Below the pieces are notes generated by a model. That model did no database searches, was not told the DNA's origin, and saw nothing but the letters and a program-made list of their open reading frames with translations. Source: Candidatus Omnitrophota bacterium (GTDB taxonomy: Bacteria > Omnitrophota > Gorgyraeia > Aquiviventales > Aquiviventaceae). Taken from it: a stretch of 42,241 nt of DNA. The DNA is taken from the NCBI GenBank assembly GCA_020057015.1, contig JAGVGS010000126.1, positions 1 through 42,241 on the forward strand, written 5' to 3'. Shown in pieces: positions 1 to 8,884 of this stretch. The position numbers and the translations under genes are program-made. Within the stretch, counting starts at the first letter, position 1. Each line of letters opens with the position of its first letter.

Positions 1-1254
1 CACGCAGTGGGCGGACAGGATGGCTACAAATTCACCCCGGGCCAGCTCAATGCCCCGGTTAAGGGCCCGACCATAGCTAAACTCGGCGTCGGAAATTGAA
101 AGCACAGTGCAACCAAGGGCCTGCGCGATGTGGACTGTCCCATCAGTACTCTCATTGTCGACTACAATAATTTCAATACGGCCTACACCGCGTTGAGCCT
201 GAATAGCGCGCACCGATGATCTCAACCACTGCGCTTCATTCTTGCTGCGCACGATTACCGATACGCTGACGGGTGCTTGATCCGACACCCTCGGTGACAC
301 CGCGCTTCCCCACTCCAAATGCCCGAAGGTGAGCGGCTGTCCTTCTATAAGTTCGTAGCGTAGCGTGCAGCTGCTCAACCGGCTCGCCAGATCGGCCGAG
401 ACACCCTCCGTCCCCTCCCGAAATGCCACAGCATCGGTCGTCACCAGGTCTCCAGGCTGTAGAGGTCGAGCGGCTACCACAGTCGGTTGGGTTTGCTCGA
501 TTCGATCAAGCTCGTCTGGCGTTGCCGATGAGGTGGTCTGACCCGTCACGTACAGCAAGCGGCTCGCGTTGTTGACGTCACGTCGCACACTCAATAACCG
601 TTGCAGCGACGGCGCCTGTCCAGAAGCGCAATGGACTTTGAGCACCACGGAGGAGACGCCAAGGCAGATGGCGGAGCGAACATCCTCGATGCGATCGATA
701 TCGCAGAGATAACTCAACGGCCAACCCCATTGCTTGAACCGGTGGATATGCGCGAGCATCTCTTCGCGCATCAAGGACATCGCGGGGGATTCAAGAATGA
801 GGCTCCATACCGGGAGCATCAGCCGTACCATCGCTGCGACGTCGTGATCGGTTATGGACGTCACCGTGATCAAGCATGGTCGTATCGTGGGAACAGAAGC
901 CGTGCCCCATTGAGCACCCTTGGATAATTCAGCATGGAGATAATACCCCATGGGATTGAATCGTTCGCAAGCAATCCATGTCTCCAGATCCACGGGGGCA
1001 GCTATCCATGGGAGCACGGCGGGCCAATGGCGCAGTACATTGGCGAGTTGCTCAAACGAAAGACCTGCCTGCGGCGAGGACGGCCCATGCACCGGAAGGA
1101 TCACGCCATCCCATGGTGGAGACACCGTCAGCATATCGTCCAACTGCACGCCGTCGATTATGTCAAAGTACCCAAACACAGTTGTCCCTACCTCGAACGC
1201 TGCACCTCGTGCGGAAGGAGCCGCCAACCGTTCATGGAGCACGTTAAGATTCAT
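1..1254 (-). CDS. Fusion protein, C-terminus cut by the window edge: degenerate NeuB-like barrel + SAF-like domain + family-2 glycosyltransferase (GT2)
   Basis: Absent from the supplied ORF track because it has no stop in the window. The ATG at 1254-1252 lies one nt after the TAA of the upstream NeuB gene, and the frame stays open for all 418 codons to nt 1 (1254 is a multiple of 3). Hand translation starts MNLNVLHERLAAPSARGAAFEV. YLCDIDRIEDVRSAICLGVSSVVLKVH aligns to the GYSDH...ALGAEVIEKH block of the NeuB paralogs here. RPLQPGDLVTTDAVAFREG is SAF-like. VSVIVRSKNEAQWLRSSVRAIQAQRGVGRIEIIVVDNESTDGT is a GT2 N-terminal signature. Confidence 0.8.
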   Translation of the reverse strand, partial: MNLNVLHERLAAPSARGAAFEVGTTVFGYFDIIDGVQLDDMLTVSPPWDGVILPVHGPSSPQAGLSFEQLANVLRHWPAVLPWIAAPVDLETWIACERFNPMGYYLHAELSKGAQWGTASVPTIRPCLITVTSITDHDVAAMVRLMLPVWSLILESPAMSLMREEMLAHIHRFKQWGWPLSYLCDIDRIEDVRSAICLGVSSVVLKVHCASGQAPSLQRLLSVRRDVNNASRLLYVTGQTTSSATPDELDRIEQTQPTVVAARPLQPGDLVTTDAVAFREGTEGVSADLASRLSSCTLRYELIEGQPLTFGHLEWGSAVSPRVSDQAPVSVSVIVRSKNEAQWLRSSVRAIQAQRGVGRIEIIVVDNESTDGTVHIAQALGCTVLSISDAEFSYGRALNRGIELARGEFVAILSAHCV

Positions 1255-1255
1255 T

Positions 1256-2317
1256 TTACTCCAACATGTCCAGCTGGATCACGGTATCGATGGAAATCCG
1301 TATCTTGGCCTTGCGATTTACCACACTGTGGAGCTGTTGAGGCGCTAAGCCGGTGCCGGGATTCTTAAAGACCAGCATGTCTCCGCTGATACGCTGCCCT
1401 GGTGCGATTTCTCGTTGCGAGACAATTGACACATGGTATTTCTTCCGGGTTGCGGTCTCTTGGGTAGACACGCTCTTATCGCCGTTGCCAAGCGCGCGTG
1501 TGGTGTCTTGAATCGCTTTGACCATTATCGTAAATTCCGCCGGCGTTAGCGATAGTTTGTGGTCGAAGCCCACCATATCGTGATCGAGCGTGAAATGGCG
1601 CTCGACAGCTACCGCACCCAACGCTACTGCTGTTAATGTGGGCCCGTAGCCAAGCTCGTGTCCCGAGTAGCCCACGGGAACTCCATAGCGGCTGCGCAAC
1701 ACGGGGATGAGCGACAGGTTCGACGCTTCGACGGGTTGCGGATAGGCAGAGACGCAATGCATCAAGATCAGTGGTGTCTTAGATCGCATAAACACGTCCA
1801 CGGCCTCATCCAGTTCCTGCCACGTGCACATTCCCGTCGACATCATGACTGGCTTTTGTGTTCCGGAAACACATTCCAATAGTGGCACGTTAGTCACACT
1901 GTGGCTCGCGATCTTGTATGCGGAGACGCCAAGTCGTTCCAAAAATTCCACCGACGGAATATCGAACGGCGTCGCGAGGAATCGCACGCCAAGGGCCTTA
2001 CTGGCCTGCTGTAATTGCACGTAGTTGTCCCATCCGAATTCCAGATGCTCTCGAATCTGCCGATACGTACTGCCAAATGTCGGAAACCGCCCATCGGCAG
2101 CATCGAGCACTGAGTTGATCGCTAATCCGTCCACATCCCGCTTCTGGAATTTCACGATCAGGGCACCAGCTTTCACAGCCGCCTCAATAAGATTCAGGGC
2201 CAACCCAAGATCTCCATTGTGGTTGAGACCAATCTCAGCAATAGGAACGCATGGATGCCCTGGCCCGAGAGAAAGCCCAAGGAATGTTACGGCAGCCGGC
2301 AGGGGGAGAGTCGTCAT
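1256..2317 (-). CDS. NeuB-family nonulosonic (sialic/legionaminic/pseudaminic-type) acid synthase, full length with SAF domain
   Basis: 353-aa ORF. It carries the IAEIGLNHNGDL motif, the GYSGHE and VERHFTLD metal-site blocks, and a C-terminal SAF-like VSQREIAPGQRISGDMLVFKNPGTG. ATGA start/stop overlap with the upstream gene at 2314-2317. Confidence 0.9.
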   Translation of the reverse strand: MTTLPLPAAVTFLGLSLGPGHPCVPIAEIGLNHNGDLGLALNLIEAAVKAGALIVKFQKRDVDGLAINSVLDAADGRFPTFGSTYRQIREHLEFGWDNYVQLQQASKALGVRFLATPFDIPSVEFLERLGVSAYKIASHSVTNVPLLECVSGTQKPVMMSTGMCTWQELDEAVDVFMRSKTPLILMHCVSAYPQPVEASNLSLIPVLRSRYGVPVGYSGHELGYGPTLTAVALGAVAVERHFTLDHDMVGFDHKLSLTPAEFTIMVKAIQDTTRALGNGDKSVSTQETATRKKYHVSIVSQREIAPGQRISGDMLVFKNPGTGLAPQQLHSVVNRKAKIRISIDTVIQLDMLE

Positions 2318-3057
2318 GAGCGCTCGGCGTTCTGTGTTGAATTGGAGGAGATTATCTCAAGGAACCGTGGCGCCAGCAATTCGGCGAGCTGCCATCCCTT
2401 CAGATCATGGATGCAAACCGGCGCAAAAACATCATCAATTGGAATAACGCCTAATCGCTTCCCATAGAGGCTTCTTCCAAGGATGACTTCACGTTTTGCC
2501 ATCGACATGAGTCCAAAGAGCTCTCGATACACAGTCTGCTTATGCGACTTTGCGGTTTCACTACCGTATGTCACAAGATATGGCGCTTGATCGGGATCCA
2601 ACATCCAATGAGGGTGCCGCTCAGGCAACACAGCTATCGCTGAATCGAGCTCTCGAGAGAGCACTGTCTCGATAAATGAGTCAATCAGACCTCTCGAGCG
2701 AAAGGGATAGGTAACGAACAACACGAGAATCCATTCGGGCAGGTACTCTTCATGCGCCCCAAGCCATTCGACCGCATGATGCAACACATGGGGCGCAGAA
2801 GCCTCCGGATTAGCCAATGCCGCAGGACGGATAAACGGAACATCGAAGCCAGCCTCTTGACAAAGCGTGGCAACATGCTCGCTATCCGTTGAAACGACTG
2901 CACGCTCCACGTACCTGGACTCCGCCACCGCACGCTGCGTATACGACACTAATGGACGCTGGGCGAGCTGAGGACGCTGCCCATTAGAGAACTCATGGTC
3001 CGCTCCTGAAATAGGGATTACCGCAGCGATTCGAGGTCGATTGTTGACGGGCCTCAT
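2314..3057 (-). CDS. Divergent acylneuraminate cytidylyltransferase (NeuA-family) paralog lacking the canonical CTP-binding loop
   Basis: 247 aa. VVSTDSEHVATLCQEAGFDVPFIRPAALA is paralogous to IVSTDSEEIATVSRAVGAQVPFLRPAELA of the neighbouring gene. The N-terminal loop reads IPISGADHEFSNGQRPQL instead of IPARGGSKSIPRKNL. ATGA overlap at 3054-3057. Confidence 0.7.
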   Translation of the reverse strand: MRPVNNRPRIAAVIPISGADHEFSNGQRPQLAQRPLVSYTQRAVAESRYVERAVVSTDSEHVATLCQEAGFDVPFIRPAALANPEASAPHVLHHAVEWLGAHEEYLPEWILVLFVTYPFRSRGLIDSFIETVLSRELDSAIAVLPERHPHWMLDPDQAPYLVTYGSETAKSHKQTVYRELFGLMSMAKREVILGRSLYGKRLGVIPIDDVFAPVCIHDLKGWQLAELLAPRFLEIISSNSTQNAERS

Positions 3058-3791
3058 GAGGTCACCATGCCAGCCGTTGCGCCTGCTGCAGCGTGGTGGC
3101 GTAAGATCGATTCTGCAAGGAACACATCATGCACCTCATCGATATTGACCGAGCGTTCTACGGGCATGACATAGGCGCGGCAGTCACGTCCAGTGAAGGA
3201 GTTATCCTCTAAGAGTACCGATCGTTTCGTGAGGTAGAGCGCGCCGTTGCGGATGTACACAGGGGGCAGCTGTTGCCGTGGACGCATATTCTCCTCATCT
3301 TGATCCACATAATTCACGAGTCGATTGCCATCCACAATGCGCTTCATCCGCAACGGATGGTGACCTCCCACCTCAACAACACTGATCACCGCATCGGCCA
3401 GTGTCGAGATGAGCAGGTCAATTGCAGCATCGATATCTGCGGCTGACCGAAATGGGCATGTCGGCTGCAGCATCACCGCGATGTCGTATGGCCTACCATC
3501 CATTCGCTCAAGCGCTCGCAGCGCGTGTTGCATAACAGGAAGGGATAGCACGGTATCCGCGGCCAGCTCAGCCGGCCTAAGAAACGGCACCTGGGCTCCT
3601 ACCGCTCGACTCACTGTTGCGATTTCCTCGCTATCTGTTGACACAATCCAGCGGTCCAGACGGGCAGATCGCTTGGCCGCTTCAATGGTGTAGGCAATCA
3701 AGGGCTTTCCCGCCAGCGGGACAAGATTTTTCCGCGGGATCGACTTCGACCCTCCCCGCGCAGGAATGACTCCAAGAACCGTCGGTGGCAT
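3054..3791 (-). CDS. Acylneuraminate (CMP-nonulosonic acid) cytidylyltransferase, canonical NeuA type
   Basis: VLGVIPARGGSKSIPRKNLVPLAGKPLIAYTI signature. I prefer the ATG at 3791 (MPPTVLG), which has GAGGTGA 5 nt upstream, over the track GTG at 3800. Confidence 0.9.
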   Translation of the reverse strand: MPPTVLGVIPARGGSKSIPRKNLVPLAGKPLIAYTIEAAKRSARLDRWIVSTDSEEIATVSRAVGAQVPFLRPAELAADTVLSLPVMQHALRALERMDGRPYDIAVMLQPTCPFRSAADIDAAIDLLISTLADAVISVVEVGGHHPLRMKRIVDGNRLVNYVDQDEENMRPRQQLPPVYIRNGALYLTKRSVLLEDNSFTGRDCRAYVMPVERSVNIDEVHDVFLAESILRHHAAAGATAGMVTS

Positions 3792-3812
3792 GCGTGTCAC
3801 CTCGGATTGCGC

Positions 3813-4832
3813 TCAATAACCTCGTGTAATATCAACAACATTGACGAGGGGTTCATTGCGTAGATAGCGCCTCACATTTTCCGCCATCAGCGAATACTCG
3901 CCTTCCCAATACCGTTGGCTCAACCCCGCGATGTGAGGAGTCAAGATGACGTTAGAAAGTCGCCACAGTGGAGAGTCGGCCGGCAGTGGCTCATGCGCAA
4001 AAACATCCAGCCCTGCCCCCGCAATGGTCCGCCGCGTTAAAGCATCAACCAGATCAGCTTCCTTCACAGTTTCTCCACGACCCACATTAATAAAGAAGGC
4101 CTGCGGCTTCATCTTGTTGAACACGGCAGCGTGAAACACCTCTTTAGTGCTCGAAGTGAGGGGAAGAAGATTGACGACATAATCCGCCTCCTGAACCGCC
4201 TGACCAAGCTGCTCCAGCGTGTAAAGACGGTCAACCCAAGGCGGGGATGGAGAAGCAAGACTTCGCTTGATCGCCACGACACGCATCCCAAGTGCTTCGC
4301 AGATATTACTGAATCGGCGGCCGACTTCTCCCAATCCGACAATCAAACAGGTTTCTCCCTCTAGGTCATGGATCTGGTCGAAGTGCCGATCCATATTTTC
4401 CCGGTCAAGGCGTCCCTCTGCCCGAAGCTGCCAACACGACTGGAACCCTCGCGCGAGCGCACAGAGAAAGGCAAGAATCGTGGCAACCATGGGCGCCACC
4501 ATCACCCCTTTACTGTTGGTGACGATAATGCCTCGTTCCAATACCGCCTGGCCCAATGCCCGATCCACTCCAACAGAGCCAAAATGAATCCATCGCAGCG
4601 AGGGAAGTCTCGCAATGAGACTTGGAGTAATACGGTTGCCCCAATATACTTCGATGGCCTCTGCGGATACCTGGCTTTCGCGACCCGCATTGAACTCAAC
4701 GACCGCAACACCTGGGAAACCCTGCTGCAACTGATGGAGCATCTGCTTAGGCACATGGTAAAGCTGCAGAGGCAAAAATAGATCGCAACCAATCGTTAAG
4801 CGCCGCGAGGTTCCAACTGTCGCGTAACTCAT
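3813..4832 (-). CDS. D-isomer-specific 2-hydroxyacid dehydrogenase, NAD-binding
   Basis: GLGEVGRRFSNICEALGMRVVAIKR Rossmann motif, plus NVGRGE, GAGLDVFAHEPLP and ILTPHIAG motifs. Start moved to the ATG at 4832 (MSYATVG), which removes the 53-nt overlap with the upstream gene that ends at 4840. Confidence 0.85.
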   Translation of the reverse strand: MSYATVGTSRRLTIGCDLFLPLQLYHVPKQMLHQLQQGFPGVAVVEFNAGRESQVSAEAIEVYWGNRITPSLIARLPSLRWIHFGSVGVDRALGQAVLERGIIVTNSKGVMVAPMVATILAFLCALARGFQSCWQLRAEGRLDRENMDRHFDQIHDLEGETCLIVGLGEVGRRFSNICEALGMRVVAIKRSLASPSPPWVDRLYTLEQLGQAVQEADYVVNLLPLTSSTKEVFHAAVFNKMKPQAFFINVGRGETVKEADLVDALTRRTIAGAGLDVFAHEPLPADSPLWRLSNVILTPHIAGLSQRYWEGEYSLMAENVRRYLRNEPLVNVVDITRGY

Positions 4833-4839
4833 AACGTGT

Positions 4840-5997
4840 TCAGGCCCGTACCGTTGCCGGCAACCGATATCCGCTGTGACGGACAAAAGCATAGCGCTCT
4901 TTCATATCATTCGTCACCTGCACCCCGAGACCATCCGTGTCAGGCAGGATCAGTTCACCAGCACGAATCGTGGGAGGGCATACGAACATTTCAGTACTGA
5001 TCTGCAACGGAACCCGAGGCAACTCGAGGTATGCGATCGAAGGCATCGCACAGGCAAGATGAGCATTGGCAGCAAAAGCGATCGCGCTCCCCCAGACATG
5101 CAGTGCAACCGAAACACCTGACGCCTCGGCCAGATCGACGATTGCCTGTCCTGCGCTCAATCCGCCGCAATAGGTCACATCCGGCTGAAGAATATCCACA
5201 GCTGGAACGCGCAGAATGGCTTGAAACTCGTCGGCCCCATTAAGTGCTTCCCCGCTCGCAATTGGGATTGTGGAGGCACAATGGACGGCGATCAACCCCT
5301 CAAGATCATCTGGACTCACCGGCTCCTCGAGCCACCGAAGCCCAAACGACTGCAGATCACGAATCCGTTCCAAGGCCACCTTAGCATCCCATGGAGGGAT
5401 GATGGTTCCCATAATGGCATCAACCATCAGTTCCCGGTTATGCCCCAACGTTCTTCGTGCAGCAGCCACTCGCTCCAAATCGTGCTCCCACGATTGGTAA
5501 CCCACCCGCATCTTATAGTTAACAAACCCTTCTTCGAGAGCCGCTTGTATATCGGCCTCGATCTCGTCAGGCTTCCACTGTGCCGATCCCCCGCTAGCGT
5601 AGACCTTCACCGGACCCCGCCACGCATCACGCATGAGTCGATGAACCGGTTGTCGAAGCGCCTTGCCCGTGATGTCCCAGAGAGCAATGTTGATCGCACC
5701 GGCGACACTCTTGATGAGGCCGCTTCTCCCAACAAACGGCACCTGTGTGAGTCGCTGGGTAGTCTGATCTGGCTCTAAAGGGTTCGCCCCTAAAAGGAAT
5801 TCGCGGAGAAACGCCGTGGTCGGCGTCACCAACTCTGGAGCATATACGCCAGCATAGGTCTCACCGAACCCTACAAGACCCGCATCAGTATGGACTTCAA
5901 CGATGCCGATACTTTTCACGCCGAGTGGTTGCCCAAACACGTGTCCGTTGCCGTAGGGCGACGACAAGGCATACCCGTGGACATCGGTGATCTTCAT
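4840..5997 (-). CDS. Enolase-superfamily enzyme (mandelate racemase/muconate lactonizing family; probable sugar-acid dehydratase)
   Basis: 385 aa. N-terminal capping domain MKITDVHGYAL...GFGETY, and barrel motifs KMRVGY, LMVDA, WLEEP and DILQPDVTYCGG. ATGA overlap at 5994-5997. Confidence 0.85.
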   Translation of the reverse strand: MKITDVHGYALSSPYGNGHVFGQPLGVKSIGIVEVHTDAGLVGFGETYAGVYAPELVTPTTAFLREFLLGANPLEPDQTTQRLTQVPFVGRSGLIKSVAGAINIALWDITGKALRQPVHRLMRDAWRGPVKVYASGGSAQWKPDEIEADIQAALEEGFVNYKMRVGYQSWEHDLERVAAARRTLGHNRELMVDAIMGTIIPPWDAKVALERIRDLQSFGLRWLEEPVSPDDLEGLIAVHCASTIPIASGEALNGADEFQAILRVPAVDILQPDVTYCGGLSAGQAIVDLAEASGVSVALHVWGSAIAFAANAHLACAMPSIAYLELPRVPLQISTEMFVCPPTIRAGELILPDTDGLGVQVTNDMKERYAFVRHSGYRLPATVRA

Positions 5998-8135
5998 GCG
6001 CCAACCAGCGATCGAGCCAACCGCTCGGAACCGCAGCCATCCAGCGTTCCAAAAACATCATGCAGAACGGTCTCGAGTCGCTGCATGTACTCGCGACGAA
6101 ACGCTGCATCCTCGAGCAGCCGGCCAACCGAATCGCGCAAGCTCTGCGGCTCGCCAGGGCTCAACACCGGCTTGTCCACCACGAAAAATGGGCTGAGATC
6201 CAACTGCCGATGGGAACCTAAGAGCACGGCAGGAACTCCGAAAGCAATGGCTTCAATTGCCGTGGAGGAATAGGTGCTCACCAACAGATCAGCCTGTTCC
6301 AGCCATTCGTAAATTTCGCCCTGGCGCACGATCTCGACGTTGGTGACGGGCCGCCCCGTCTTGCGACTCCACGTCTCGAGCACGACCCGAACCTGCTCTG
6401 GAGAAATCTTCGGGTGTGGCTTGAAGATCAAGTGGACCCGCGGGTCTCCGGAAAACGCCTCCAGCACAAACTGCGTGACGAACCGGGTGTCATACAGTCC
6501 CGGGGCGATCAGCACGCGAGCTGGATGCGCTTCGCATCGAGCGCGCTCGCGCGCCGTGCGGGCGCGCGCCCAGACCGGATCCATCCTGGCTGCCTCAGTG
6601 ACGACGATCTGCTCCGGTGATAAGCCTCGAGCGATCAGCATCCGGCGGCTGAGTGACCCGTCCACCGTATATATGTCCGCTTGCGGAAGGCCAGGACTGC
6701 CAAATGCGGTGGACGCGAGCTCCTTCGGCCGCCCGGTATAGAGCCATTTCATCGGCGCCACCGGACCGTGCTGCATGGCGACGATCCGTGCACCAGGCAC
6801 CCGCCGTGCGCCGCTCAGCAACGCACGTCCTCCGAGATATTCGAAGGAGTACACGACTGCCGTGTCTGGCCTGAGCCGGCGTAATGCCGCCTCAGCCAAC
6901 TCTTCTTGCAGCAAGAGAAACGGCCAGCGCACCAGTACCGATTCCCAGAGCATATGACGAAACAGCGGCTCCAACTGCAATCCATGCCACTCCCACGCTG
7001 AACGGTATGCATGCGTGCGGGTCATCCGCCAGAACCGCAGCGCATCGAGCATGCTAAGATACATGGCCGCCACCCGGCGCACGGATCCGTACGCTTCCAG
7101 CACGATATGCGGGATATCGCGCCACTGCGGCTGGCGCAACATCGCCCGTTGGGCCGCTGCGACGCGTGGAGCAATGTATGCTCGTCCGTAAATGCCTGCG
7201 ATATAGATCGTCTCGTGCGGTGAAGTCTTCCGCGCGCGCTCGATGGATTCACCGTAGTACACGTCTTCCCATCGACCAAATCGTTGACGCCAAAACTCGG
7301 GCCACGTAAATGCTGCAAGCCGGAGCCGACCACCCTGCTCGTGGTGGCGCGGTGATCTAGCGTCGTACCGCCGGGCCCATCGCACAGCGCTGGCAACACC
7401 CCACGCCGCACGCGCACGCATGGCAATCAGCCGCGGCCAAACACATTGCGGCTGGCCCACGGTGGCCGTGTCGCAGGGCACTTGCTGATCCGCGCATATC
7501 TGACGGATGGCCTGAACGATCGCGGCGTCGCCGACAACTATGCACCGACCATAGGCGCCAGTCGCCAGGCGGCGCTGCACAGCATCCAATCGCACGCAGG
7601 CAGACCAGACCTGATCAAGCGGCGTGTTTTTCTCCGACACTTTCATATACCACCAAAGCCGCCCAAATCGTTTGGCCCATGAGGATCCGCCGACAGTCTG
7701 CGCCGCACGTTCCAAGGATTCCCGGAGGTCAGCGACCCAACGATTGATCGACTCAGCCACCTCCTCGGCGTAGGCGTCAATCTCATGGAGGCCTAGGCGA
7801 ATATCGCACGGACCTGCCCAATACGAGCGCACCGCATCCGTCACTTCGCCCCGAGCCTCATCGACGAATGCCAAGATTTCGAGCCGATCGGTCGGATGCC
7901 CAGCACCCCGCGCCAGCAGACGATGTAGAGTCCGGCGCACATGCTTAGGCGCTGCCGCTTCATAGTCGAGTACTAATAAAACGGTGCCGTGGAAAGCTAC
8001 CCCATCAACCCGCGAGCTTTCCACTTGGCTTTGACAGGCGTTGTCAATGCCCAAGGACGAAGGGTTCCGGGTGGTTGCCCATGGCCCCCCGCCCTGAGCT
8101 CTACATCTTGAGCTTGGGATGGCCTTCTGCGTCAT
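5994..8135 (-). CDS. Large TagB/TagF(SpsB)-like GT-B transferase for CDP/CMP-activated donors, with ~450-aa N-terminal region of unknown function
   Basis: ~713 aa. Four ordered motifs resemble the glycerophosphotransferase family: AMQHGPVAPMK, VLIAPGLYDTR, LIFKPHPK and ADLLVSTYSSTAIEAIAFGVPAVLLG. The start is either ATG 8135 (TGATG overlap with the upstream stop) or GTG 8138. The CDS is solid; the function is inferred. Confidence 0.6.
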   Translation of the reverse strand: MTQKAIPSSRCRAQGGGPWATTRNPSSLGIDNACQSQVESSRVDGVAFHGTVLLVLDYEAAAPKHVRRTLHRLLARGAGHPTDRLEILAFVDEARGEVTDAVRSYWAGPCDIRLGLHEIDAYAEEVAESINRWVADLRESLERAAQTVGGSSWAKRFGRLWWYMKVSEKNTPLDQVWSACVRLDAVQRRLATGAYGRCIVVGDAAIVQAIRQICADQQVPCDTATVGQPQCVWPRLIAMRARAAWGVASAVRWARRYDARSPRHHEQGGRLRLAAFTWPEFWRQRFGRWEDVYYGESIERARKTSPHETIYIAGIYGRAYIAPRVAAAQRAMLRQPQWRDIPHIVLEAYGSVRRVAAMYLSMLDALRFWRMTRTHAYRSAWEWHGLQLEPLFRHMLWESVLVRWPFLLLQEELAEAALRRLRPDTAVVYSFEYLGGRALLSGARRVPGARIVAMQHGPVAPMKWLYTGRPKELASTAFGSPGLPQADIYTVDGSLSRRMLIARGLSPEQIVVTEAARMDPVWARARTARERARCEAHPARVLIAPGLYDTRFVTQFVLEAFSGDPRVHLIFKPHPKISPEQVRVVLETWSRKTGRPVTNVEIVRQGEIYEWLEQADLLVSTYSSTAIEAIAFGVPAVLLGSHRQLDLSPFFVVDKPVLSPGEPQSLRDSVGRLLEDAAFRREYMQRLETVLHDVFGTLDGCGSERLARSLVGA

Positions 8136-8884
8136 CACCAGCAGCTCACCATGTAGTACATGCCATTACTGTGACCTCGAACGTCCTTCTCCGGGCACGA
8201 CGTCACAAACGTCCCGCCGCCGGATTCAATCATTGGTTTAAAAATGCCCTCCGACGAACCGTGACTGTTCTCCTGCATGACGACATGGCCGCCCGGCTTC
8301 ATGAACTTCCGAATCGAGGCGTAGAATCTTCGATGGATCCGCCAATCAGGATCAAATGCCCTAATATTGGTATCCGAAGCGTCGCGCGGCAGGAAGTGCG
8401 GCGGATTGCTGACCACCAGGTTCCACTGCTCCTCGACCGGAATCCCATCGAGCACATCCGACTGGTAGATGTTCACCAATGATTCGATGCCATTATAGGC
8501 TGCCGTCCGGCGCGCCATCTTCACCGCCACCGGATTAATATCGGCCAGCGTGAGCCGTTCGCAGAACCCGTTCGCTAGCAGCGAATAGCCAATGTAGCCT
8601 GGTCCAGCGCAGAATTCGAAGATCCGGTCGCATCGCGTAAAACCGAGCGTCACGAGCGCGCGCAGGTAATCCGCACCGACGGTAATACCTTCGCCGTGCA
8701 GTTTTGGCGTATCGAAGACGACGACGCCATTATACATCACGGCTCGCTCCGGCAGTGTGACGCAGCCCACGGTTCGCAGCATGCGCCGCTGAGCCTTGCG
8801 TGCCAACACTCGAGCCAACATATGGGCCGGGTATCGTTCGATAATCCGGAAATCGATACTCTTGTCTACGTACACTCTACTCAT
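8135..8884 (-). CDS. Class I SAM-dependent methyltransferase, small-domain type with NPPH (N/DPPY-like) motif, probable N-methyltransferase
   Basis: 249 aa. FEFCAGPGYIG (motif I), LADINPVAV, and LVVSNPPHFLP (motif IV of amino-group methyltransferases). ATGA overlap at 8881-8884. Confidence 0.8.
   Translation of the reverse strand: MSRVYVDKSIDFRIIERYPAHMLARVLARKAQRRMLRTVGCVTLPERAVMYNGVVVFDTPKLHGEGITVGADYLRALVTLGFTRCDRIFEFCAGPGYIGYSLLANGFCERLTLADINPVAVKMARRTAAYNGIESLVNIYQSDVLDGIPVEEQWNLVVSNPPHFLPRDASDTNIRAFDPDWRIHRRFYASIRKFMKPGGHVVMQENSHGSSEGIFKPMIESGGGTFVTSCPEKDVRGHSNGMYYMVSCW

Noticed and set aside
601-1368. Four overlapping plus-strand ORFs (601-927, 934-1368, 950-1348, 978-1247), the only track entries in the first 1.25 kb.
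   Set aside because: They overlap one another in different frames, have low-complexity Arg/His/Trp-rich translations, and sit antisense to a 418-codon open minus-strand frame with GT2 and NeuB/SAF-like motifs.
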